In this document: piece after piece, positions 1-12,283 of the stretch | How the letters are laid out: each line of letters opens with the position of its first letter | How positions within the stretch are numbered: the stretch's first letter is position 1 | NCBI GenBank assembly: GCA_010015585.1 | Contig: ML975151.1 | Strand: one strand, 5' to 3' | Length of the DNA: 60,272 nucleotides | From: Eremomyces bilateralis CBS 781.70 | Lineage: Eukaryota | Position numbers and translations under genes: made by a program | Notes under the pieces: generated by a model | What the model was told of the DNA's origin: nothing | The model's database searches: none | Seen by the model: only the letters and a program-made list of their open reading frames with translations

Positions 1-1003
1 GATTATTTGCATAGCGATTTGGTGAAAGACAGGTACGGTTAAGGGCATTGGGTAAATGGGGACTGATTGATCATTGTGACTTGCACTCTTGCACTCCTTT
101 GCTTCTCCATTGCTGCTCCATCGCGCTGTTTCTCCTTCCATGATTACCGAATTGGGATGTGGCTGTAGAAATGGAACAGAAATCCCTGTCTGTGTCGTGC
201 TGCAGGCATCAAGGCCATTAGGCATCAAACAGCAGCACCGAACAGAAACGGAAGTCACGACTCACAAGCCACCTGCATCGTGCATCGAAGAAGTCACATG
301 TCACACGTCACATGCCACTTTTGCTTCAAGAATGAAAGTGAAGATGCAATCGACATATCCATAGCTTCTTTAAATACCTAATTCACTTATTGTTATCGTT
401 GGGTCAAGCTAGAAGGATTCGATTGTGCTGTATATCATTGTCATGCTTCGGCTTGCCAACCACCCAATATCCCTGTCCTCTCACACTCTCATGAGGATCG
501 GAGCTTTTACTCTTTGACGCCGTCGCAATTCTGTAGAGTGAATGAACGTCACTTTATTACATATCCGCTTCAGCTCTTCGTCTTCCACTTCAACAGGATT
601 CACTTCACCTCTCACTCTCTGGCTCCTCTCTGACTTGGGTTTCTTCCTTCTCCTCACTTCATCCCGCTGCCAATCCCGTGGTGTTCATAAGATTGATTCC
701 CTGCACCACTCTGACGCCACACGAGAGCAAGCATTCTCTCATCCATGATCCATCCAGGGTAGCACCACCGAACCGAACCGAACCTTACAGCAAAGAAGAA
801 CTGCTGTCGTCCACTCGACCCTGGTTACCACCACGTCGGTCCAGTCCGCGAGGCGCCCAGTTCAGCCCATTCCGAACCTTACTGGCACCGTGAGACATCA
901 TTCTCTCAAGTCCTCATCTTGACCATCTGGAGTTCTTGATCTCTCTTGTCTGCTCTTCTTGACCACTTCATCTGGAGCTCCCTCACTTGATCACTCGTGA
1001 GCT

Positions 1004-2161
1004 ATGGAGACCGAACCCTTGCCGTGTAAGTGGAACTATTATTGGAGAAACGACCTTTCGGAATGCAATGGCGCTAATGGATTGCCTTTCTACAGTGTCG
1101 GCCCAGCAGGAGAATGACTTCTCCAAGATCATTGACGACATTCTCGCCGAAAGCGATATCAATACCGTCTCATCCAAGTCCATTCGCAAGGGCGTGCAAG
1201 CCAAAGTCGGCTATGACCTCACCCCATATAAGGTTCGTCGAGCTCTCTCATCCACCTCCGACCATCCCTCCCTTTGGTCCATATCCGACCACTTCCCCAA
1301 CATCCCACCATCCACCAACTAACCCTCTCCAGAAATCCGTCGTAACCCTCATCCTCCAACGCTTTGACGCCTTCACTGCGACCAACAACGCCCCCGCGCA
1401 CCCCACCACCAACGGTACCACCGCCCCCTCCGCATCCCCTCCCCACCCCACCACCAACGGCATCTCCACGCCCACCCCACCCGCCAACCGCAAGCGACCC
1501 TCTGCCCCCGACTCCCCCGCCGCGCACACCAGCACGGCCTTCTCTCCGCCTCCCAGCAAAAAACACCGCCACACGGCATCCGTCGAAGAAGACGACGCAG
1601 CGTTCGCAGCGCGGTTGCAGGCGGAGGAGAACGCGCGGACGGCGCGCACGACGCGGGGTGCGGGGAACGGAAAGCGGAAAACGGCGCCGCGAAAGAAGAG
1701 CACGCCGAAGAAGAAGAGCGCGAGTCGGGTGACGGATGATAGTGGGGAGGAGGGGGAGGGTGGAGAGGGTGGGGAGAGGAAGGTGAATCGGACGGGAGGG
1801 TTTCATAAGCCGTTCAATTTGAGTCCGAGTTTGAGTGAGATGTTGGGAGGGGTGACACAGGTGAGTAACTACGAGGCCTGGTCACAGGACTAGAACGCAA
1901 GCAAGCAAACAAGCGCGCAAGCGAGGAAGGTTGCGAGTGCGAGACAGAAGCTAATGAGGTTATCCCTCGCCATAGCTCTCCCGACCCCAAACCGTCAAAC
2001 ACATATGGGAGTACATCCGCGCGCACGACCTCCAAGACCCTGCCGACAAGCGCCATATCATCTGCGACGAACCCATGCGCGCCGTCTTCAAGCAGGACAA
2101 GGTCCACATGTTCACCATGAACAAGCTCCTCAACCAGAACCTGTACGCCCCGGACGAATAG
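1004..2161 (+). CDS. DEK-C + SWIB/MDM2 domain protein (Uaf30/Tri1-like)
   Basis: Exons 1004-1025, 1096-1232, 1333-1860, 1976-2161 joined by GT-AG introns with branch sites. N-terminal DEK-C-like IIDDILAESDINTVSSKSIRKG, central EEDDAAFAARLQAEEN, C-terminal SWIB GGFHKPFNLS...LSRPQTVKHIWEYIRAHDLQDPADKRHIICD...VHMFTMNKLL. Confidence 0.9.
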
Positions 2162-3840
2162 GAGATAGTGAGGTGGGCGGGGAAGCCAGATGGGCGGGCG
2201 CGGAGGGCGCAGCGGGTAGCGGCGAAGGCGACGGGGCAATAGTAGGATTAGGAGGACAGGCACCACCGACGTGAGCGCGAGCGACGCCGGACGCAGATGG
2301 AAGACGTGGCACTCAACACGCGGGTGGGGAACACGCGGAAGGAGTTGACCTGGCTCTACTACCTCGATCCTGAATGGGTGGAGCTCGATTGATGGATTTG
2401 ACTGATTGATTGATTGAATGGATGGATTTGCTTGCTTGCTTAAGGCCGACGATACTGGCGCACACGGAAATTTTCGGCGTTTTCCTCTTTCGTGCTGCTT
2501 GCTTACTTTCTCATGACTGGGACGACGGCGGCATGGTTTCGGTGCCTGCTTTTTAGTCGCGGGGTGCTTTTTTCGAGGGGGTCCTGATCGTTGGGATTGG
2601 GTGTGTGGGGACGTTGGCGGTTCATTCGACAGACGCAGCGCGGGAGTTGCGAGCTTCTTCGGCTTCCCTCTGCGGTTCCGATCGTCGCTGGGTCGCTTAT
2701 GTCCGTCCGTACTCGCCTTCGTCATCGTATAGGATCTGGACCGTGGACTTGACTTCATACATGAAAATTCAGCGACCAGTGCGTGGTCTGGGGTATCAGG
2801 ACGTGGAGGTCGCGGAGGTCAGGGGAAAGGGGTCGTGGAGTGGCATTACATGGCATGATTCAGCTTAGCCTTCTGCAGGTTTCCTTCGGATCAAAAGCTG
2901 GATTTTGAGCGGAATACCAATACGACGAGCTTCCAGCCGTTTTGCTGATTTGACTACTTGTATCTACCCAAGTGCATATCTATATCTGAGAAATGCAGTC
3001 GGTGCTCATGGGATGGGTGGTCTCAGTTGATATACATATCCGGAGTTACATAGGGACTTAATGCTACTTAACAGGAATTAGTACGTTCCCTTTGCATAAT
3101 TCTCGGTGATTACAAGGACAAAATGCCTAGGATTTTACCAGAGCCGTATGTTCAGGAGAGTATAAGGTGTAAATACAGCATATTGCCCACTACCTATCCC
3201 ACGTATCTAGCAGCTTCCAAACCGAACACTGCAACCAGCGAGCGCCGAGAGCCGTGTGCGAGTGGACAAGGCGATAAGGCGTCGAGAATTCAGCAGGCAT
3301 CCAGTGGTGATGACGCCAGTCCATGTGACACGGAATTGTCAACGCCATTCTCCGACTTCATGTTTGAATATACTCATGATTGCCATTATCAACTTCGCCA
3401 ATCTGCCCTTAGCCATTCGCTTGAATCGTTCGAATCATCCAAGTTCGTTGAGAAGCTCTGGATAACTGTTTTTGGCAGCCCTGAATCACTCTTAAACCAC
3501 AGGAGAGCTGATGTTTTGGTATGAATCCCCCAGCGCCTGCCATGAAACCGTATCAGCGGTGATGGCGTCCGGTGCCAGAAACTCGGAGAAATATCTGACT
3601 GACCTCGAACAGGTAGTGAATCCAAATCAGATATCCCCTAGTGGCGTCGACGTGCTACCCGAGACACTGCCAATATCACTTCGACCCCTCCATAAAGCTA
3701 CAGACACTTCCAGAACCCATCTCCAAAGCCGCCACCCTGTCCGCTTCTGCAGCCTTTCTTTCATTTCCACCTCCGAACCATTACATCGAACCCAGAAAAA
3801 CCACTCGAAAGCTTTGCTCCTCGGAGCCTGTCCCGTAGCC

Positions 3841-5629
3841 ATGGACGACGAAACCATCGGATCATTCATGACCATCACCTCCGCCACCCCGCAACAAGCC
3901 CAAAGCTACCTCCAGATCGCCGACGGCAACCTCGAGCAAGCCATCCAGCTCTTCTTCGACAGCCCCGGCCTCGACGTTGCCGGAGCCCAACCCACCACCG
4001 CGCCTACTGCGCCCGCACCGCCCGCGCCGTCGCACCCTAGCGCCCCGTACACCGAGGACGACGATGGCATAATCCACATTGACTCGGACGACGAGACTCC
4101 GGAAGCGGGTACGCCGCAGCCGCAGCAGCCCGCACCGACGCAGCAGACGTATCAGCCGGATGCGATGTTTGAGGACGATGAGGCGTTGGCGAGACGGTTG
4201 CAGGAGGAGATGTACGCGGGCGGGGATATGTCGGCCGGAGTGGATGCGGAGGGGGTGAGGGCTCCGTTGGCGAGGACGAGAGAGACGTTGGTGGGGCCGG
4301 ATGCGGAGTACGGGGGGGAGGATGGCATTCAGGCGTCGATTGCACAGCAGCTGATGGAGCGGGAGAGGAGAAGAGCGGCGGGTAAGTTCTCCAGTACCTT
4401 GATTGAAAATACGGTTCCGTCTGGTTATTCTAACTTGGTTTTCTTGAAAAGGTCGCCCTGGTATCTTCAATCAACGCGAATCTCAACCTACCATTTGGGA
4501 AGACAACGATCCTGTCACCTCACAGCGAGAATTGGCTCGTGCCACCGGAGGCGCGTCCGACGCTTCATCGAAATCCAGCCACCTCGCCAATCTGTTCCGC
4601 CCGCCCTTCGAACTGCTCACCAACCTGTCCTGGGAAGAAGCCCGCGAGGAAGGCAAGGACCAAGAAAAATGGCTCCTCGTCAACATCCAAGAGCCGTCCG
4701 TCTTCGACTGCCAAGTCCTCAATCGCGACATCTGGAAAGACAAGGGCATCGTCGAAGCCGTCCGCGAGAATTTCATCTTCCTGCAATACACCAACAACGA
4801 CCCCCGCGCCATGCCCTACGTCCAATACTACTTCCACACCCACGAATCCCCCGACGCATACCCGCACATCGCCATCGTCGACCCCCGCACCGGCGAGCAA
4901 GTCAAAGTCTGGTCCGGTCCCCCCGGCCCCAAACCTGCCGACTTCCTCACCGACCTCCATGAGTTCCTCGACCGCTACAGCCTCAACGTCCACGCCCGCA
5001 ACCCCGTCGCAACCCGCAAGCCCGCACCCCGCCGCGAGACCCAAGTCGAGCGCATGACTGAGGACGAAATGCTCGAAATGGCCGTCCGCAACTCCCTCGC
5101 CGCCGACCACGGCTCCGCGTCTCGCGCCCTCGACCCTGACGCGCTGACCAAGAGCGACGGTTCCACCCCCTCCAGCGACGACTCCGCCCTGCGCATCGAC
5201 AAGGGCAAGGCCCGCGCATCCACCCCCTCCACCCCCGCCGAGGCGAATGGCCTCGCGCCCTTCGCACCCGACGCACGCCAACCCTCCCCCTCCCCAGCAC
5301 CCCCCTCCCTCTTCTCCACGATCCGCTCCGACGCACCACACACCGAACCGGCCGCGGATCCCGCCACCACGACGCGCATCCAGTTCCGACATCCGTCCGG
5401 GCGGGTGATCCGACGGTTCGGGCTCGAGGAGCCGGTGGGGCGGATCTACGAGTGGTTGAAAGCGGAGCCGGAGGCGATTGGGGGGCGGGACGGGGAGGGG
5501 AGGGCGAGAGAGTTTGAGTTGGTGAGCATGGGGAGGAATTTGATGGGAGAGGGAAGGGTGGGGTTGGAGGGGAGTGTGAGGGAGGCGGGGTTGATGAATG
5601 GGACGGTGATGGTGGAGTTTGTGGGGTAG
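3841..5629 (+). CDS. UBX5: UBA-UAS-UBX domain Cdc48/p97 adaptor (Ubx5/UBXN7-like)
   Basis: Intron 4382-4451 joins the two ORFs (AAG-RPGIFNQ). UBA-like FMTITSATPQQAQSYLQIADGNLEQAIQLFF, UAS LFRPPF...KWLLVNIQEPSVFDCQVLNRDIWK, UIM-like TEDEMLEMAVRNSL, UBX TTRIQFRHPSGRVIRRF. Confidence 0.9.
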
Positions 5630-6198
5630 GTGAGGGGAGTATCCCGATCGTTGGAGAGAGCAGCGGAGTGGACGAGGGAATGGATAGAAAAGTCGAGTGC
5701 ATTTGATACGAGGGGTATGGTGGTAGAGTTCTGAGTTTCATGCGGTGAATACGTCGACTATGATTAAGTACGCCATGGGATAGACGTTGCATTATCTGCG
5801 AGGTAATCTGGCGCTTTAGATAGGTACCTTTCCGGTATTTTTGCCAACACGCAACATTCAACTTGGCTGCTTTGAGCAAATGGGACATAATTAGCACAAC
5901 TGATACTCACATACCCTGCATTCCTCTAGTGTAAGATCACTGGACGATTTAGAAGAGTCCTACACAACTGAACCCAGCAAAATGTCGACAAACAAACCAT
6001 GTATCTTATGCTCTAACCCGAATCTATGACGCTCCACGCTCTATGAATACCGTAACCCGGGTATCCCATACTCGGGATCCATTTCCCCTGAACCAACCCT
6101 CGTCCACCATGTTCATCGCCTCTTTCAACGTCCCACATTTCGATACATGCTCTATCACTATTGCAACCCATCCCACCCTCGCCATCCACCCCCTTAAC

Positions 6199-9100
6199 TC
6201 ACCCCTCCCTCTCCTCCACCACCTTCAACGCCTCCTCCAACGTCTCCCTCACCCCCGGCGAAATCTCACCCTCCACCATCTCCCCCACCCGCGCCCATAT
6301 CACCTCATTCGCCTTCTCCCATCGCTTCCCCGCCAGTACCTTAATCTGCCGCGCCCGCCGCGCCCGCAGCGCCTCGTGTGGCGGCTCGGTGTCGAAGAGC
6401 ACGGTGCGCAGGTGCTCGAGCACCCTGTCCTCGGCGGCGCCGAGCGTGGGTTCGGGGTGATCCGGGAATTTAGTGAGGAAGGCGTCGAGGGAGGAGGCGA
6501 TGGTGGTGTGGATGGGGTTGGAGGCGGAGGCGGTGGCGACGTGGATGGTTTGGAGGTATTGGGTGATTAGGGTGGCAGAGTCTGGTGAGGTTAGTTGGTG
6601 AACGACGAGACGGAGGATGGATGGGAGAATTCATGGATGAGGATGGGGAGGTGCTTACCATTGCTTTGAAATACCGCGTCGTTGAAAGCATTGCCCATCG
6701 CCTGAATCGCAGCGATCAAGGTCTCGTCCCGCAGCGACCCTTTGACAGTCGAGTCGTCGCCGTCGACATCCATATCATCCTCATTCACTAACAATGTCTT
6801 CACAACCTCATGCGCCTTCTCAAACGCCGTCCTCGAGAGTCCGTCATCGTCTTGCAGCCCGGCGATCTTCCCAATAGCCATCAAGGCAGTTGGTCGATAC
6901 TTGGAGTTCTGCCTCCCCGCTTCCCGGGCTGCGATCCCCACGATGTCTTTCGTGGACATTTCGTCCTCACGCCAGAGGTGCTCGGTCTTCTCGACGAAGG
7001 AGACGAAGGCAGTCAGAACTCCCTCTTTCCCATCCCACGTTTTCCCAGCCAACGCTTTCTTCAAAGCAGGATAGACGACATCCGCTTGGTCCTTGTTGAT
7101 CGTACTGGAGGCCTGGATGATGCTGTTGATGACGTCTGCCACCGTTCGCGCGGCAGTGTGTTTGAGCACCCACTTCGGCGAATCCAAGTGCAGCTTCGAT
7201 ATATCGATGATCTCATTTAGATAGAGAAGGACCGACCTGGATCCGCCGACCGTATCGTCCCACGCTTTCTGGTATTCGTCCTTGACGCTGGCGACGCTGT
7301 CATGTTTGGCGAAGAAGACGAACGGCAGGATATCCGCCGCAACAGCCTTGAGCCGGTCGGATGCGTGCTTCGCAACCGCGTAGACGATGTCACCAGAAAC
7401 CGTGCGTTTCCGATCGTCGTCGGCGGTAAGGTAGAGGTTACGGCAGAACTCAAAGAGTCGAAAGATTTGGGCATCGGACGCAATCCGCGCCAGATACCCC
7501 GCGGCAACGGCGTAGGAAGTGGACACAGTCTCGTTTCGGTCGAGCACGTATTTCTGTAAGAGGACTAAAAAACTGTTGGCTTTTGCCTGCTTGAAAACTT
7601 GGTGGTGTCGGGTGGCCAGGGAAACGAGGACACGCCCGGCGCCGATTTTCGAGGGCAACCCGACGGCAGTTCGCATGGCGATCTCGAGGCAGGGGACAAG
7701 GCGGTCCATGGTCTCGTCGTCCACGAGATCAAGGCAGCGCTCAATTGCATCCATGAGCGGGCTCGCGCGAATCGAGTTCAATCGCATCGCGTCGATCTTC
7801 TCCTCGGTCAAGTCGTACTTGTCCGCGTTCAGATGGATATAGTTGATCTCCTGTGGTTCCAACGATGTGAGCAGCCCGATGATCCGCTCGACAAGCTCGG
7901 GGATGAACGGTCGGAGGGCTTCGGCGCTGGCTTTCTTGACGATGTCTAGCAGCGCCGTGATCGAGAATACCTGCACTTCTTTGGCGCTGGACTCAAGTCC
8001 CGCGGGGGAAAGGAGAAATGGCACGACGTCGGTTAACATCGCGTGGGATTTCGATCTCGACATTTTCGATCCCGAACCGCTTTCAAGCGATCTGGTGACG
8101 ATTCCTGTCAACGTCCTCGCAAGGCCCGCTGCGGCCGCTCTGACCGACTCTTTAATGTCGTCGAGCACCTTGAAGCAACTAGCCCAGATCTCGCCCAGAT
8201 ATTTGTAATACATCTCGAATGGCTTGGATTGAACGAGGTCCGCGATGGCAGCACAGCACGCCTGTCGCACCCGCCATTCCTTCCCGGAGAGGATATGACG
8301 CAGCAAATCCTCCATGATGGGATCGAAATACTTGTCGAGCGTCGCGGAAGTGTCGGGGACAAGTGCGGTCCAAATATCGTTCATGGCTCTTCGCACGTTC
8401 TCAACTGGATCGAATCGGTATCGATAGAGCTTCGGGTACAGCTTAGGATTCTCGGCCAGATATCCATCGACGCTTGAGCTTGAAAGGACGCTGCTCAACC
8501 CGAACTTGCCGAATGCGGCTCGACTAGACCACATCGCATTATTCGAGGCAATAGCCATGTACTTGTAGACAAGTGTCGAATCCCCAGCTTCCTGTGCCAA
8601 GTTTAGGATGTCTCCGTACGTCTTGATCGAGCCGTCACGATTGCGCAGCATCCCTTCGTCGAAGAGCTCCGTGTCTTCCGTGACATTTCCGGACAGCTGT
8701 GACTTGCTCTCCGAGAAGGCATTCACAAGGTTCCGGACCAAATCGTCCTTGAGGTCCCGATCGCCCATCTCGTATACAGTTCCAAGGCCTCGTGAGGCGG
8801 CTTCTTGTACCATCTCGTCTCGATCGGACAAGCAGTGTAGAAATGCAGTTTGACACTGAGTCAAGTACTTCTTCATCTCCTTCAGATGTCCGCAGTACTG
8901 GACGAGGCACAGTAGCCAAATGGCCGCCGCCTTCCTCAATGCGGGCTTCGCGTTCCGACAATCTTTTAGCACACTTTCCATGATGGTAGGTACTGCCTGT
9001 GGGTCATCCACTTCGTCCAGTGAAAGTTTCAACGAGTGCTCGCGTAGGTTAACCATGACCTTTGAGGCCCACCCCCCTGCGAAGCAGGATATTGCCTCGC

Positions 9101-11810
9101 CCACAGCAAATTGCGTCTCAGTCTGCCGGACTTCGTGCAGATCCCTAAACGCATCTAAAGCCATTTTGAAGTCGTCGGCCGCTTCCGTTCGGAAATGCAT
9201 GGCAATGTGTCCTAAAGTAGTAATGGCACGCTCGTTGCCCTTCTTTGCTGTCTCGAGGACCAGGGGAAATATTGTGGGCTTGTCAAATTCCATGGAGTGG
9301 AAGATAGAGATTTGGCTAACAGCGTAAAAGCACGTTTCCAGCAAACTGGTGTCCTTGGATGTCTCCAATATTTCCTTAACGAACTTCATGAACGAGTCTC
9401 TCTGTTCGTTAGCACCATCGTATTTTATCCGACTCCAGTGATTAGAGAGAAGAAGGATAGAACCATCCACTTTCCAGTTATATGACCCCGTGCCAGAAGC
9501 GGATGTGTTCCAGTTCCGAACGGACTCCATGCAGGAGCCTACAAGGGTCGTCCCATTGTAACTGCCAGTGTCGTCGCACAATCCGAAGACTTCGGCGGCA
9601 AATATTCGAAGGGATTTATCATGCGAGAAAAGAGCCGGCTTCAAGTCGGGTAGGGTTTGGTAGGCGAGGGCGAGGCGGCTGCGTCCGGTTTCCGATATAC
9701 TGCCGATCTTGACCAGCCGGAGGAGGATATTTTTGGAGGCTGGAAACTGTTTGAATAGGTCGGGATCCAGGTAAGGAACGCAGGCATTGCGGAGGTTCAG
9801 CAGCCTGTCCATCTTTTTTTCGTCCATCGTTTTAAGATAGTCGGCAAGTGCGTCTTGCGTATCTACCTCGTTCTCGATGGCGGTCAAAAGTCGTCTTTCC
9901 CATGACTGGTCAACCACCACTCCAACAGAGTGCTGGTCAAACGCTTCCTGGAGTAGCATCAAATACGCGAACTTTACCACTGGTCCCAGACGCCCAGCAA
10001 TATTCGTCTTTTTGAACCATGGAAGCGCCCCCGACATGATATCAATGTATGGAGGGAATATGATAGATCGTGTGGATTGTCCATCGACAGGGTAAAGATC
10101 CCGGATTTTGAACCAATTTGGATCCAGTCCGCGTTTCGCTTCCTCGACGACTTCCCGCGCTTCTACATCGGTGACCGTGAGAACCCGAAGATTCAGCAAC
10201 CGAGCGGCCACGTTTTCGAATGGCAAGCACTGGTTGACGAAACGAAGCCCAAGGTATCGAGCGTGGTATATCCTCGACCGCAATGCGGGATCAAGGGCCA
10301 CGTCGTTCAGGGTCACCTCGTCGAAATCAAAACCGGGATTCTCGTCCCGCAGGACGTCGATGAGCTCGGACTCTTGCACAGCCGATCTATCCGCAAATAT
10401 TGAGATCAAAGATGACAGCGCATCTCCGATTATGAGAGTGGTCTCCCTTCCGCTTGTGTCGTAGCCAAGGGATGTGAACAGCCATTGCAGCAGGCCCACG
10501 TCGGCTTTCTTATCGGCTTTGGTCAGGATTCCGATGACTTCGTACGCAGTCCGCCTGGTGTCGGCGTCTCCGGACTGAGCTGTCTCGAGGGCTGGCCATC
10601 CGTACTCTTCTACGAAGGTTCGAAGCCGGGCAATCAGCGGCGTAGCGATGGGCTCCAAGTCTTCTACGTCCGCGTTTCGCGCAAAGAAGGTCAGGTAGCT
10701 GAAGATCGCGGCCCTGAGTTTGTTGGCCTCGGTTCCCCGATCGATTCGGCGACTGGGAGGCTCCGATGGACTGTCCTCGGGCTTCTTGAACAGGACGTTC
10801 TCGATAATGGCGGTTAACATCAACGGAAAGGTAGTGCTCATCGTGGAGCGGCCGAGAAATTTTAGGAGCTGGATCTGTACAGCGGGTTTCGGAATATGGA
10901 ATATTCCAGCGTCCAAGTACGATGGAGAATTTCCGAGGTAACCGTTGTAAATCGCCTGTATCAACCCTTTATCCTCTAGGTCGGCGCTGGCAATCTCCCG
11001 CTTAATCAAATCCTTCGCCGTCTCTGACAACGCAGAGTTTCCGTCCGCAGCAGCATACAAATATGCCAGGATGCGGGTTGGGTTTTCGGCGAACACACGA
11101 GACGACAGGAACCAGAGGACCTTCTGCTTGCATTTTACAACGTATAGCCCGCCCGGTATTATCGGGTTCCATAGCTTCTTTTGGGGTGAAACCATGAAAA
11201 ACTCTTGATCCGATTTCTTGATTCCAGGCTGCGGGTTATCACCCGGTAAGAAGAGCATCAGCCTCGTAAACCATTTGACCATCCATGCTCGGTCGAGCTC
11301 ACCGATTTGCCATTCCGGTTTTGCGAAGATCTCCTCCTCTTCCGCTGAGCCGCGTTCCAAAATCTCCTGAGCACATATCGCTCTCAGGATGAAATAAAGC
11401 TGGTAGGACGCTAGGCCCGTCGACGCGCCCATGTCAAGGTGGACATCTTTTGCTAAGATGGGAATGAGATCCCGAAGCTCGTCCGCCGAGAGATGCATAA
11501 AGCCGGGCACGATAAACGACAGATCCGAGTGCTGCAACACTTTGTTCGACCGGAATTTTTTGGCTTGCTCTATCAGCGCTTTGACGGGCAGCCGGATATG
11601 TTGGACGCGACTGGTGAGGTGGTGGCATATCGAGAGGACCTTATTCCGGACCACCAGATGCGGCGATTCCAACTTCAACAATAGCGCAGTGAGGAATCTG
11701 TCTAGGACGACTTCCAGCTTCGTGTCCGTATCCGCGAGGGCGATTTTGAACTCGACTTTGCTTATGAGAGCCAACTCGGACTCTGGGGTGGGGGTTTCTT
11801 TCTCGGGCAT
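6199..11810 (-). CDS. ECM29: Proteasome adaptor/scaffold Ecm29 (HEAT repeats)
   Basis: 1739-aa ORF beginning ELALISKVEFKIALADTDTKLEVVLDRFLTALLLKLESPH and containing WSSRAAFG, LYPKLYRYRFDP, EWRVRQACC, GKTWDGKE. An intron at 6582-6658 (GTAAGC..CTAAC..CAG) joins a last exon in frame with ORF 6199-6423. Confidence 0.93.
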
Positions 11811-12283
11811 TGTTTGGTGTGTCGCAGAATAACATGTCGATGAAGAAAATAAAGGCTTCTATTAAAGCTGGAGAACGAGTTACGATGGATAGGCATCCAT
11901 TCACACAGTGGTGGTTTATTGTTAAGGCATTCAAGTGATGGCGCGGCCATTTTGGTGGCGAGAAGTCGATGTCGTTCCATGTCGCCCTTGCCCCAGACGT
12001 TAGTTTAGGCGTTTGCCATGGCGTCAGCGTTGGAACCACGATCTGCAATAACTAATACTCTATTGTAACAACGGGTCTTACAGTAAGTTAGTACCACCTA
12101 CCATTAACTATGATATTTCCCATTATTATTAGGAACGCCAGACAGGGTATTCAACGATAAGGTATTTGGGATATTCTAGAAATTGATTCAAATGGCTGCA
12201 TTTGTATTCGCGAACTATGGTAAACTCCACCAGGCAATCCACACCACCAAGATGAAATCTACTCGAATCGGCAAAGGGATATT

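Noticed and set aside
1814..2758. 314-aa minus-strand ORF
   Set aside because: Antisense to the last SWIB exon and its 3' UTR; low-complexity translation.
3511..3840. In-frame 110-aa N-terminal extension of the UBX ORF
   Set aside because: The UBA-like domain begins at ATG 3841 in good context (GCC ATG G); the upstream part looks like promoter or UTR.
6199..6423. Apparent separate 74-aa gene
   Set aside because: It is part of the last exon of ECM29, joined in frame by intron 6582-6658.
11954..11960. GGTGGCG Rpn4/PACE-like site upstream of ECM29
   Set aside because: Short imperfect match in GC-rich DNA; not distinguishable from chance.
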